Assembly: GCA_964187785.1 (NCBI GenBank)
Contig: OZ076409.1
Location: 64,420,001 to 64,484,000 of the forward strand
DNA length: 64,000 nucleotides
Direction: 5' to 3'
Source: Amphiscolops sp. MND2022
Taxonomy: Eukaryota
This document shows, piece after piece, positions 36,101 to 48,968 of this stretch (the stretch's first letter is position 1; every line of letters starts with the position of its first letter). Below the pieces are notes generated by a model that saw nothing but the letters and a program-made list of their open reading frames with translations, was not told the origin of the DNA and did no database searches. The position numbers and the translations under genes were made by a program.

Positions 36101-39100
36101 ATCTGCAACGCCTTCTCATCTTCCTTGGACCTTCCAGACACATCGCAGCGAGACGCATATGATTCTATGTCCCACCACAGTTTTATCTGTTCTGCCAGTG
36201 CATCATCTTCAGAGGCTGTTACGCAAGATGCAGTCATCTGCACAGCTTTTTTCTGTGGAAGTGGTCCACAGAGAGTCCATCCAAGTTTCGTTTTCACTGC
36301 CCAAGGCTCACCATTCGCGCAGCTTTTATATTCTTCAGGCCGATGTATAGGGTAGCAGTTTTGTCCCAATATCATTTTTACATCTTTGAGTTTCAATGAT
36401 TCTTCGCTTAGGACCGACAAATGGGGATAGGCAAGTTTGAGCTCCTGATAGTTGTAGATCTTTGTTCCGGCGTCTATGTTTGGATGAGTGTAAACTGTCA
36501 TGCGGTGTGTGTCGGTCATTGCCTTGCCACGAATTCCCACAGTGAATCGTTCACATTTCACATCATTTGTCCCATGTAGTCCAGCCACACTCAGGTCAAT
36601 TTCTTCCCCGTGAACGTTTAACTTGTCAGCTAATCTCTTGCCTATGAACGATAGGCTCGCTCCAGAGTCACACAACGCCAAGGTCGATTCTTGTTTTTTT
36701 CCAATTTGGATGATGACCGGTATAACTGGCAGAATCCCACTGCTCTTCAGTGAGCAAAATGCAGAGTTCGCCTCCGCCTTCTTTTGTGGGTCTTCTACTC
36801 CACTTTCTTTCGGCCGTTCGTTTGACTCGCGGCGTAGCAATCGATGATGCCGCCTGCTACAGCCATTGACTCCACACGCTTTGTAAGTGCAATCTTTCAC
36901 CACATGTTTTCCAGCCAAGTAACAAAAGCAGAGTTTCAATTCAATGGCTTTTTCATATCGTGCTTGACAGGTCATCTTCAGAAACTTCTCGCATTTCCAC
37001 AAGGGAAGTTTACCATCTTTCAATGGACAATCATAGCCAGTCTTCTTGTCGGCACTGTCGTCAGCAAAGGTTGAGATTGTAGAGCTCTTTGGCTTGTCTT
37101 TAACTGTCCATTTCGATCTGTCTGCGTTGGGGTTGCCTGTCATGAGAACATCTTCCTGCACCGCTGCTACCTCTTGCAACCATAATCTGAACGCTTGCAG
37201 CCCCATGTAGTAATTAGCATTTTGTCTCGCGTGCGTCAACCTTTTCGTCTTCATGTTCATTGGCAATTTTCTGGTCGCACTACTCAGGACGCTTTCTGAC
37301 TGCAAGTCGCCAACATAGTTCATCTGCGTCAGAACTTGTACACAACTTGAAACTATTCTCGAGTTTTTGACCAATGCTACAGAGTCGTACGCTTTCACTG
37401 GTGGAAAGGTGTATTTTCGTCTCAATTGTGCGTTAACTACCACTTGTGGTCTTCCAAAGTGCGCGACCAAGGTATTCCAAGCAAAATCATACATGTCTCC
37501 AGTGTAGCCTAGTCCAGCTATCACTTCTTTCGCTTTCCCAGTGACCAGCGTTTTGAGATGATTCATCTTCAAGCTAGCATCGATGTTTGCAGTGTGCACG
37601 GTCTAGAGGAACAACCCTGACCACTCAGGCCATTCCAATGGGTCGCCTGAGAATTCTGCCAGCTTCAGCTTCGGCAAGCTGGCTGGTAGACTCACTGCTT
37701 CATTTCTTGTTGTCGCGAACTGACTCTGTATGGGGGCAGAGTACTTAGCTGAGGGTGCCCACTGGTGGTGGCAATGTGCCACTTCTCGTTTGGTTACTTA
37801 ACATTGGTTGGTTTGGAGGTTCGAAGTTCCCAAACTGCACATGCTGTTGAAATGTCTTACTCATTTGCATCTTCGCTGATGCAGCGTTCGCGCGAATTGA
37901 CTGGCCGACGTGCCATCCTGTTCCATGGTCGGCTGCGCTGTTTTCGCAGCCAGGTGGGGCATTTGGGTTGTGTGTGACAAAGGGTCAGGTTGTGGTTTGA
38001 TAGGTTCGCTGGCCAGTGCGATTCTGGATACCTCTTCTCCAAACTTCGTTGTTTTTTCGTCACATCCAATTTCATCAAGCCAAGAAGGTACTTTTTTGAA
38101 CGGATCGCTCTGGATGGGTATTGGCGAGATTCTTCGCAAACTTGTGCTTTCTCTGCTTCCCTCCGCCCGAGCGATTTCCATTTCCTTCTCTGCGATTCGT
38201 TTAGCTCTTGCCTTCTCCTCTTAGAGTTTAGCAATTTCGAGTTCTTCTGCGAGTTTATCCATTTCCTCGTGTTTCTTTCGGATTTATGCTTGACGTTTCT
38301 TTGCAGCTAGTTGTTCGTCGATTTCGTCTTGTTTCTTCATTGCTTCCAGTTCTAGGAGCATCACTCGTTTTGTAGTAGTTGACTTTGAAATAACTGATGT
38401 TCTGTTGCCCCTCGAATGTGTCTTGCTTGCACATTGATATCTTTCCCCGGGTAACGAATTCACCTCATTAATACAACAATTAACAAACGAATTGGGGCCA
38501 ACAGTACCTTGTGTCTCTTCTTCATTCGTGTTATTCTGAAGAGAAGTGTCGCGGGACTTTAGTTGTTGCTCTTGCCAATTCACCCTGGCACGGGCCATGA
38601 TTCCCTCCATACGATGCAACTAACTGTAGATTGAAGTATCTCCACTGTGTTTCAATAACTCATCCATCTCGGCCACAATTTCATCTCTCCTTTTGAGGGT
38701 TTCTTCCATTGTTTCTTCAAATGCTTTGTAATCCTCTGAGTTGCAAAGAGTATCCCAATTTTTATTGATTTCATCTTCGTTTTTCTGAAGTATTTCATCA
38801 CATTTCTCTTTGGAGTTTTGAAGTTGTAGGAACTCCTTCAACTGTCCTTCATTCTTTGGCTCCTCATCATTGTGATCATCTGACCAATGTTTTTATGTCG
38901 TGTTTCCAAGGAGTCTAATTCATTCCGATATCTGCAGAAACGGTCGCCTTTCTATCTGACCATTCTGGCTGATACTTGGCTTTCAAGAGTGCTGTGTTCG
39001 CCCCGACGAGTCTGAGACTCTTCCATCTGAGCAGTATGTCTTGTCGGTTCGGTAGAAGGTCTGCGAGTTTCTCTTTCGTCGTGTCTGCTTTGCGTAGCTC

Positions 39101-39232
39101 AGCATGTATTTCATCCATTTTTGTCTCGAAGTTTTGAATTGCTCTCATTTTGCTCTCCCATTGTGGCTTGTCGATAGAACTCTTCAAATAGTTGTCAATG
39201 CTTTTGTAATCAATTCTCTTAGGTTCAGCCAT
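33111..39232 (-). pseudogene. BEL/Pao gag-pol polyprotein, disrupted
   Basis: SLPKLKLAEFSGDPLEWPEW (DUF1759-type gag), Cys/His knuckles, ALCDSGAS protease, WYVPHHPV..NKPGKLR, ADIEAMFLQV, NFYMDD (RT), IFSDAS and WTDS (Pao RNase H), H..FH...CVEC, GIDYFGP, SDNG, PHFGGIW (integrase). Confidence 0.95.
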
Positions 39233-39630
39233 TCTTGAAGTAGATCAAAACCCCAGAGTACACTAACTAACCACAGGAGTCCAAATTCTGCTGTGAATAC
39301 AATTCCCAACAAGCTGATGAAGTAGCCCAAAACCACAGAGTACACCTTATACCCAAGAGCTCTAGTAATACCACTGCGAATACAATCTCCCAGAGCCTGC
39401 AGAAGTAGCCCAAGCCCCAGAGTACACAATTCACCCAGTAGAGCCCTGATGAGACCACTTTGCAGCACAGACAGTTTTGCATAGATCACCACCAGTCGTC
39501 GTTCACTGTACACGTTCACTTGATCGCACAGTGCTGTTCTGGCTGTGTAGCAATCAGATGATCATCCAGTTGTCCGCCCAATTGATTATGTGCGCCCCAA
39601 AACTGATGATGTCCGCCCAATTGATGATGT

Positions 39631-39648
39631 CCGGGTTGGCGGACCGAA
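39631..39648 (-). promoter_or_regulatory. Putative BEL primer-binding site, tRNA-Tyr-like with one mismatch
   Basis: Minus strand TTCGGTCCGCCAACCCGG directly after the 5' LTR; compare the TGGTCC...CCGG Tyr-type PBS. Followed by short GATGATGTCCGCCCAA repeats at ~39555-39632. Confidence 0.45.
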
Positions 39649-40499
39649 TGTAACGGCTGCTTGGTCCCTTCAGTTGACCAAACTTTACGCCGCCCTGAAA
39701 TCGGTGCTCGGCACTGCGGATTGTTACCGAACACTGCTTGCTTCTTAGATAAAAAGGACTGTATCTTGACTGAGTAGGATCCCGAGTGATCCCGAATTGC
39801 ACTTCTTCCTTGTCTCTTAACACGTCCAACTCTCCACAAGTTGAGAGTAACTATTTTAGTCGCCCTAAGTCTTTGGCGAAAAGTCGAAAAGAAGTGAAGA
39901 AATGAATTGAGAATTGAATTGGTCCTAAGACCCAACTTAAATACAGCTTTCCAATCAATTTGTGCCTCTCTAGTTATGGTATACATATTGTTTACATTTC
40001 TACAGTAAATTTATGTCAAAATATGAAGTATAAATAAATGACGTTCAAGTGAATTATTAAAGTTATTGGCTATGTAAACAAACCATAGTGTGGGTATAGC
40101 ATGTTGGTTAGGTGGGCTCTAAAGCATGTTTACACAATGTAAATATCATTAATTTCAACAGAGTTACATTCAAATGTGGTCGTATAGGTGAATAACAAAG
40201 CTTACGTTTTTGGTTCAATGACCTTGAACACCACACATGTGAGGGGTAAAGGGGGTTATAGTGGATGAATGACCTTGAAATTTCGCCGACGTGTTTGTGT
40301 TAGGTAATTGCGTATGTGAGCCAAGTTTCATGTCTCTAGGATTAGCAGTTGTCGAGAAAATCCATTTGGGGGGGGTTTCCATTTTTGTGATGATTGGATT
40401 TTCTTCAAATTTTCATCTATGTTTTTCAGAGTTTAAGTTCTTGTTTCTCAACCAACATGTTCCAAATCAACTTTCTTTGCCTGCGGATGACTGGCGACA
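39649..40499 (-). repeat. BEL 5' LTR (851 bp)
   Basis: TG...CA termini (TGTAAC...GCGACA on plus), followed by TSD. Confidence 0.92.
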
Positions 40500-41097
40500 T
40501 CGGTACCTTTGTATTAAAAAAAATTTCCTCCATGTTCGTTTTTCAGATAAACTCAAGCCACTCAGAATTGGACCATTTAAAATCATTAATAAAATTTCTG
40601 ACATTACATATGAAATTGTTAATCAAGATGGTTATACTTCTCATATACATAGATACCATTTAGTTCCTTACTACCCAAAAGAACCAATCATTTTTCCTTT
40701 CATACAAAAATATAACCCACATTCTACTGATAACAATACCGATAATAATAACTCAAATACAAACGACTCAATAAATCCTTTTGTGTCTTTTTCAGACGAG
40801 GAACAATTAGTTGAGGACGAAATTACAAGTTCCAATAAAGAAACGGAAACACCGTCCACAATTGACTTCCAACCGGAATCATTTAGTCAATACTCTTCAT
40901 TTCCGTATCAACAAAATAAACAACAAATCAGTTACACCAACCCAGAAAACCAATCTATTATTCACGACTATGACAATTATATTAACCCCCGAAGACACAC
41001 CCATGACAGATACGATTTCCGCCTACAACCACGAAACGACTATCGACTTTTCCTTGGTGGAAAGGACATGATTTCATTTTCTCAAAAATCCTGCTGA
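40500..41097 (+). pseudogene. Gypsy integrase C-terminus (GPY/F region and tail)
   Basis: KLKPLRIGPFKIINKISDITYEIV...HIHRYHLVPYY; tail RYDFRLQPR. Confidence 0.9.
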
Positions 41098-41249
41098 ATG
41101 AAAATTGAATGAAAAAGCTAGAAACAAATAAAGATAAATAGTAACCTGAAAAAGGAACACTAAAACAAAAATAGCATAAAAATTTGAGAGTATTAGTGAA
41201 ACTTATGATTAAAAAGAGAACTGCAAATTACAAAAATACTTCAAGATTG

Positions 41250-42643
41250 ATAGCCAAAGACCTTCACCTTCATCAGTTAGAAACAAATCATCAACCAGTT
41301 CAACCCATTCATTCCAAACACTACCTGAATATACAGCAAATCTAAATTCAGATACAGACATACTGGATTCCTCACCCTCAAACCCTAGTCCATGCGCTCC
41401 ATATTCTCCCGATAGAATAACAGCAACGCCTAATAGTACTCCAATACTCCAAACTCAAACAACAACAACAACAACAATTCAATCACAAAATTTGCCATTT
41501 TTAGACACAAATTCACCTTCAAGTGACTCGTGTGATGAATCACTTACCTCTAATGTGCAAGATACTTCAAGTATCATAAATAGACCCCCTCTCCCACCTA
41601 TTCCTTCTACCCGTACTTTGCATATCCCTGATCTTGATTCAGTTCTTCAATACATTAGCTCCTGTTCACACAAAATACCAACCGCAACAAAAAAAATTAG
41701 AAAAACTCCTATACCAACATTACCAAAGAAAACTCCTATACCATCAACAAGTCAAACTCCAATAAAACTATACCAGAACATACAACTAATTCACCATCTG
41801 ATATAAGTTCATTTACATTCTCTCAATTATATCCAAAATTAGGACGTTTAAAATCAAGCACTACCTGTTCTTTAACAGACTTATACCATAAAGATAAAGA
41901 CTCTGATTCGACAGCTAGTAGCCGAGTACCAGAACACAGTTATAACCTTAGATCTCAACCACGAAGACTTTCTCAAGAATTATCATCTTTAACTAGTTCT
42001 AGTACAAACTCAAGATTAATCAGACAACAAGCACAACCCAGAATAGACACTCCTTCTCTTTCCTCATCTCATCCCACAATACCATCTTCCTTATCATTAC
42101 CATTTCAAGTCACATCAGGATTTGAATCAGCATCTCTTATTTCGGAAGACCCTCACACTGTATTAGATGGCGCCGCAAACTTTTCACGAGCTTATTCACC
42201 TAGTTCAATACTATCTGATTCATCAATACAATTACCTGTATTTTTTTAGAAGAATATTCGAGACCTCCTACACCAAACCCACACGAATATCCCATCCGTG
42301 TTAATTCAACCATTATTCGTAGTCTTAACGAAGATCCTCGATACACAGTACTCCCTACTAGGTTTATAAATAATAGTTTCTCTCAAACTCAAGAAAACAA
42401 AGAGAACTAAGAAGATTACAAGAAACTCAATTAATATTAAAATTTGAAGTCGGAGTTACATTCAACTCTTTAAACCCATGCATTTTCTCTTTCAACAAGA
42501 GTAGCACATAAAACAACTCCTTCACCATTCATAGTCACTTCAATCTCTTATCTTCGTGACGCAGAATTACCAGAAATAAGAACTGGTCAAATGAACTTCT
42601 TTAACCCATATTCAGGACTTAATTATAGAACTATACTTTAACT
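41250..42643 (+). pseudogene. Ser/Thr/Pro-rich decayed coding region between integrase and env-like ORF
   Basis: Low-complexity frames (SPSSDSCDESLTS..RPPLPPIPS; HSYNLRSQPRR at ~41935-41967) then a more globular segment (LKFEVGVTFNSLNPCIFSFN...NFFNPYSGLNY) running up to the env hydrophobic leader. Confidence 0.45.
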
Positions 42644-45191
42644 ATGACAGACAAACTTTTCATTACATATATTGTATACCTAATACACCTAGCTAATACG
42701 ACATCAGTTCCTAAAGCTGATACAACAAACCCAGAAAACCATATTTCACCACAAGACCCAAACATATTAAACCTTATGGTATCCCATTATGACTGCGCAA
42801 AACAAAAGAACTTAAGACAATTCAGCTTACTAAATGTTGAGCTATAAAAACAAGCACCCTCAGACATACAGCATACGAAAACTCAAGCAACAGTATATGT
42901 TAGAGCAAAAGCAAAAAGAATCAAAGCCTTCGAATGTGAAGCATATATAAAAACAGAGAAAGTTTGGTGTTCCCAAACATTTTCATCCAGTAGACGATAT
43001 GATCGTTTACAATGGGGACAAAATACATTAGAACTTCCGAAAATACTTGACCCTATCGAATGTAAAAACATGTTAAGATATTTAAACGCAACCGATAGTA
43101 ATGAATTAAACAATTACAACATACAAAGTTCTTTCTAATTTTTTGATGACAGTGATTATCAAAATAAAATTGAACGAGTTCAACAACCATTTAGAGTAAA
43201 CAAATTAAACGCTGGGCATATTGGAACATTGGTATATGATGAACATTACCAAGACTGGATAGTTAATTTTACACAAAATATTATTCAAGATGTAGAAGCG
43301 ACAGAGAATATTTAATAACCCGACAAAGCTGGAAACTCAGAATAACTAATGCTGAAATAACCTATGATGATAAAAACAATCATATGATTCATGATGGATA
43401 TATATTACTATGTTATCATTCAGATGGATTTTGTAAACCCACCACAAAAACTCTATACATATTAACATGGTTTGATGAAAAATTTTGTCTCATATTTCGA
43501 TTACAGGAATTCATTGGAAGAATGACAAGAATTAAAGACCGTTATTGGATAGAAACAGATAACTTTATCGATTCCTCAAATATCACAAAACACCTTCAGA
43601 CCGAAGAAATAAAAGGAACAAAATACCCCAATGTCAAAACACCACAATCAACTGTAGACAATCCAAGTCTTTCTCGTTTTGAAATATATCCCATCGCACA
43701 AACTTTTTGTGGAAAACCCGAACCACTATGTTCAACACAATACGAAGACATTTTTGTTACTTATTTAGATGGTTTTGATATGAATACTGGACAACCAAAA
43801 CCACATTCAATAATAGATCAAAATATTAGTGGAAAAATACAGTTTGATAATTCCAATCAAAAATATATTATCTCTGCATTAAATATATCAAATAGTTTCG
43901 CTACCATAGACTACGATGCTCCTATTAATACCAAAATTGATATCAAGATAAATCATGTATTTATATCATTGACAGTACAAGAACTAAACACTCTCCACAC
44001 AGTATGTGGACTAGAAAGAACACAACTGTTAACAATCTTAGCTATGTCAGTTAAGAACCTCAATTAGCCGGTTTCCTTCTAACTGGAAATCGCAGTAACT
44101 TTCTTTATGTCGAAGGATCTACAGCATGGCTGTATGATTGCCCTCATTTCATATCGCCACTATACAAAGCAGACAAATGCTTTGATAGAATTCCCATACA
44201 CTAGAGAAACTATCATGTATGTAGACTCCATAACGATACAAACTTCTATTCATGCCACACCAATAAAATGTGGAAATAACCGACAAAATATTATTGAATT
44301 AGACCCTGATGCAGAGGACGGAGATTTTTATGTGTTAACACCAGACCCATTAAAAAGGGAACCACCACAAATGTTTGAACCCACTCAAATTAAGACAACA
44401 ATATCACCCAGTACATTCACAGCTCAAGATGCCGGTATTTACTCAAATGCAGAATTAGATCGATTCTGGAATAGAGTATTATCCGCAAAACACTCAGATA
44501 CAACTCTCCAATTACTTGGAAAATCATTAAGTTACGATTTCATTACAATGCATAATGAACAACACTCACACACAGGATCAAATCCTTATAATCATCTAAG
44601 GATTGGATTACATGATCATTTGTTAAACCTTTTACAACTTTTCAACCCTAAATGGTTTAGTCAAGCATTCATTAATTTATTCGGATACCCATGTTATATT
44701 TTAACACAATGTGGAATATACTCCTCTACCTTTTTTTTATAAGAGAAGTTTTAACTTTCCTACTCAGATTCTACAGGACAATTAGGATAAAATATAATCT
44801 CCAAAGCAACATTTCCATTTTGAGTTCAATAGCCCATGGATTTTTTAATATAGTCACATCGGAAATGATTACCGATTTAAATAATACAGGAAAACCTAAA
44901 CGGATATATACTAACCACAAAATTACCACAATTGAAAATGATCATATCCTGTTATCCGAAAAAGAAACACATAATCAAATAAGAAGATACTCTGATAATG
45001 ACTCCCTTTATTTACCTCTTAACTATATAAGTAAAAATTCAACCTTTCAATCACCAAAAAAGACACACCCAAACAACATTAATGATAATAAAACACCTCA
45101 AAATTCCCAAGATTATGACGCTTTAGTACAAAATGTAATAGCTTCACCGGAAAGCCCCGCAAAAAATTTCATAAGAGTTAATTCCTCCTAA
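42644..45191 (+). pseudogene. env: env-like membrane glycoprotein, chuvirus-G/herpes-gB-like (class III fusogen) by motif pattern, disrupted
   Basis: Hydrophobic leader KLFITYIVYLIHLANT; SHYDCAKQKNLRQFSLLNVE; IKAFECEAYI..VWCS; LDPIECKNM; CYHSDGFC; QTFCGKP; CGLERTQLLTILAM; LAGFLLTGNRSNFLYVEGSTAWLYDCP..DKCFDRIP; YVDSIT..ATPIKC; AGIYSNAELD; C-terminal amphipathic/TM WFSQAFINLFGYPCYILTQCGIY..IREVLTFLLRF..SILSSIAHGFF; several N-x-S/T sites; env position between IN and 3' LTR. Confidence 0.8.
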
Positions 45192-45654
45192 CAGGAAAAG
45201 ATAATAACCATAAGGAAAGGACAATAACCAAATAAAACAAAATTAAGCTTTGAAAAAGTTCACAAAATCGACAACGAATAACCTCACAAATTTACTTTCA
45301 TTCCACCCAAAAACTCTCACTTAGACAGTTGCTACCTCAATTCAACCTGTGCCACCTCAACTCAACCCGAAACAACTTGGAACTTCACTTGGACTAATTC
45401 TTTGTGAATAACAAAAATCACAGAGGTTTCTATTCCGGGAATAGATATCACTGTGACTGTTGATATTTTGATCCGACCCAACAATATTCCAAAATTGTAA
45501 GTACAATTTGAACTTCCATTGTATAAAACTCTAAATTTTATAAACTCTCTAAACAAAAGAACAAGAAATACTTCCTCAATAATTTAAACTTAACCTTATC
45601 ATGTGTTAAAAATAATTATTTTTTTAGCGCTACAAATTCACGCAAGTTAAAATA

Positions 45655-46960
45655 ATGGAATCCTTGCCTGACATTGTTGTAGTTAACTCTAGTCCCCCTG
45701 AATTGCTTGCATCCCCTCCGAATATAACCATTCAACAAAATGTTAACGAAGATAATAATTAATCTTCACAAATTCAAGAACCCATGGAAACCATTGCAGT
45801 TGAACAAATTGAAAATATGAACGCGAAATCTCAGAAACGAAAATACCCAGACTTAACCGCCGATAATCCTATTATGGAATCTGGCGCTTGTCCTCCTTTC
45901 ATAAACCATCAAAACAAGATGAAGATCGAGATTGTGATTTAATTCCCATTTTATCTTCAAGACAACTCACATTCCATTTTCATTTAACTTCTTTATGTAT
46001 GATTCCAACCAAATACAAACTCATCATCAGAGAATATACAAACAATTATCATACTTCAATTGCCTCAAAATTAATTACCCCATATGATTGGTGGTTAAAT
46101 AACAAAGTGAAAATTTTCTCTTTTCAATATATTTTCCTCAGACCATCTCAGAACTGAAGAGAATGATGCTAATTTCTTGCCATACCAAATAAAGAAAGCT
46201 CATCATGTTACGTACCACAAATTTCTCAAATACAAAGAACCTGAAAATTATCTTTTCTTCAATTCGAAATATACATCGCCTTTCGCTTTGAACTCAGACT
46301 ACCTAATAGATCACACTAAAATAAAAGGAAAACTAAGAAATTATGACCCATTGAAACAAAGTTTTGTTTTCCTTCCAGATGATAATCCAAAAAGACCAAA
46401 GATAGTACCACAAGAAAATCTCATTCTGAATGATGATTCGTTATTACAAGAAGATATACCCAAAGTTATATCAGACCCTCTTCCTCCAATTCAACCCATT
46501 GCCTCCCAAACTCTTGGAGACTGTGAAAATCTTATTATTACGCTATAGCAAAAAAGGGATATTCCAATAATGAATTATTATTCATTATTTCTCATCTCAT
46601 TTCCATCCTTACAAAAAGAAATATAAAAGAAAACAAACAAAACAAATCAAGAACCTTCAAAGAAACCAACAAATGATATTCCCCAACCGGAAAGTTTTCC
46701 TTCTACCGAAAAAATACAAAAATATCAACAATTAATGGACATTTTAAAACCATATCATAACCCAAAAAAGGATATACTTACTACTATTACTGATATAGTG
46801 AAGCCACTCGAACAAGCCCGAGACCTATTGCAAAATATGACATTTGATACGACAAGAGTCAGCCAGTCAGCTTCGTAGGTACGCACATCCTTAGATGAAA
46901 TCAACTACATATTTGAAAAACTACAACAATCTCAACTGGTAATTATAGATAACAGCTTTG
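45655..46960 (+). pseudogene. Accessory ORF downstream of env, unknown function, disrupted
   Basis: ATG at 45655 (MESLPDIVVVNSSPPELLASPP...), continuing through ORF pieces 45888-46157 and 46177-46548 (YDWWLNNKVKIFSFQY; KIKGKLRNYDPLKQSFVFLPD) to a coiled-coil-like end; end approximate. Confidence 0.55.
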
Positions 46961-47281
46961 ATAATTTTCACACTTGACTCTTAATTCTTTAAAAACCTGT
47001 CAAAATCAACTAGTACTCATTTAATTATTCTTGCTGAGCATATTTATAGTCTATATTAAACAATAAAATACACCTTTAATTTAAAATATGTCAAAAAATT
47101 TTAACTATGGACTTAAAAATTTTTAACAAAATGCTTCAAATGCTCCTCCTTTCAATGAACCGATTTTAACAAACAAGACCTCAAATGAACGATATTTAAA
47201 TACTCTTCAAAAGACCTCCAAATTACACTAACTTGATTCTTAAAATTAAAAAGATATAACACAAAAAAATACATCTGAAAA

Positions 47282-48150
47282 ATGTCAACAATAAAAATCC
47301 AATTTAGAAGGAAATTTAAATGTAAACAAACTAATCTATTTCAGGTGAATATCTTCAAACTTCTTTCTTCGCCCCTTCCACTTCCTTCCAATCGCAGCCT
47401 CAACATCTTTCCACATCAAGAAATTTCCGAAAAAAAAATCCATTTCAACTCTTCCATCACAATGACTTCAAAAACTTCTGTAGAATTCCCGAATGCTTCA
47501 ACTTGCCTTCGATCTCTCATTCTGAAAAAACATAAATCAACGTTATATACACAGATGACACAAGAGAAAAAGGCAGATCCACAACTAACAAAAATGATTC
47601 TCTTCAATATATTCCAAATATTCCAAATAAATAAAATAAATTTTCAGCAATACCTTATATTGCATAATCATCCCGATACCTTCATTCACAAATGTGATGC
47701 TACAACTCAAACGGATTATACTACTATCCGACCAAAATCTTTTTCCAGAAACCTATCTAATAAAACACGTACTCTATTAGGAAAAGAAAAATTAGTATCC
47801 TACTGGCCATCGGATGACAATGATTCTACCGATAATGAACTTCAAAAAGACTCGCTGAAGCGATACTCGACGAAAATTCTCCACACAAAACATAAACTTC
47901 GCATTCTGAGTTTCCACAACAAAGATCACAAAAGACACAGCACCTGCATACAGCCCACCATCATCTGGAGCCATTGATTGCCCTTCAACACCGAGGAGAT
48001 TGCAGTTGCAGCAGAAAATCCAACATCATTCCGCACTGGAGACCCCAAATTGCCGCTTTCACCCTCTCTCAAACTGGTCCCATCATCGAAAAAGCGAATT
48101 CAGAAGTCAAGAAGACCCATGTGATGATAATACGAAGAATAATATAATTT
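47282..48150 (+). pseudogene. Second possible accessory ORF before the 3' LTR
   Basis: 231-aa ORF 47282-47977 with protein-like continuation after one stop (LPFNTEEIAVAAENPTSFRTGDPKLP). Confidence 0.4.
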
Positions 48151-48968
48151 AAAACAAGAAGGATGACAAAAAACATTGTACTTGATTAAACTTTAAACTT
48201 TTCTTCAAAATATAATTCCAATAGGCTTTTTATTTTTTCATTTGTGAAGTATAAAACAACCGCCCATATTTATTTGCCCCATTTATTAAATTTATTCGCC
48301 CAAACCGATATTTATTTGCCCATTTTTAACGAATATTTCCTTATTATTTTTCGGTGCTTTTCGATCCCAAAAGAATTCAATCATATAGTAACAAACTCTT
48401 TTCAAAATTTCAACAAAATTAACTCAAAAATTGATCAAGCACATTGTTCAATTTCAATTGGAATAATGAGAAGCCCACTTTCTCAAAGTTTTCAACAAAC
48501 CCGCCAAAGTTAAAAACAACCTGAAATCTTTTCAGACAGTTTTCATACTTCAAACGATGAAATATGTCAACAAAATTTCTCAATGACTCTTTGACCTTTA
48601 GCTCATATGATGTTTTGCTCACGTTTGTTAAATGCGAAGTTAATTCAGAACCTCAACAGAGGCATAGATTAGAGCCGCTACCAGTTCAAAAACTAGGCCT
48701 GAAAGCATAGTGAAACAGACCACTTTGATGCCTTCGAACTATAGTCGCACATAGGAGGTCTAATAAAGTTGTCACATTTTTGATAGACAACGCGAGATCT
48801 ACCATTGAGTCGAACTTACACCAATGTAAAAGAGATTTATGCCAATCATCCATCAAAAAAAAATTTGAACTAGCGTGTCAGCTAACGCCAAAAACATTTA
48901 CAAAATATTTCCAAATTCATTTTATTCATGTGATGTAAATTTTTTATTCTATTCAAAACCGGGATGGA

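Larger units (their letters stand above)
32283..40499 (-). mobile_element. BEL/Pao LTR retrotransposon nested in the Gypsy integrase
   Basis: LTRs 39649-40499 and 32283-33110; 5-bp TSD TCGGT (32278-32282, 40500-40504); removing it restores host RPLDIGTFVLKKNFLHVRFSDKLKPLRIGPF. Confidence 0.95.

Noticed and set aside
36003..38310. Plus-strand ORFs overlapping the BEL polyprotein
   Set aside because: Antisense shadows of the BEL coding strand.
40200..40400. GACCTTGAA...CCAAGTTTCATG motifs in the BEL LTR reminiscent of rolling-circle element interiors
   Set aside because: Impression only; no termini or matching copy elsewhere in the window apart from the other LTR.
40291..40499. N-terminal part of the 268-aa ORF 40291-41097
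   Set aside because: Chance read-through from BEL LTR sequence into the Gypsy integrase tail.
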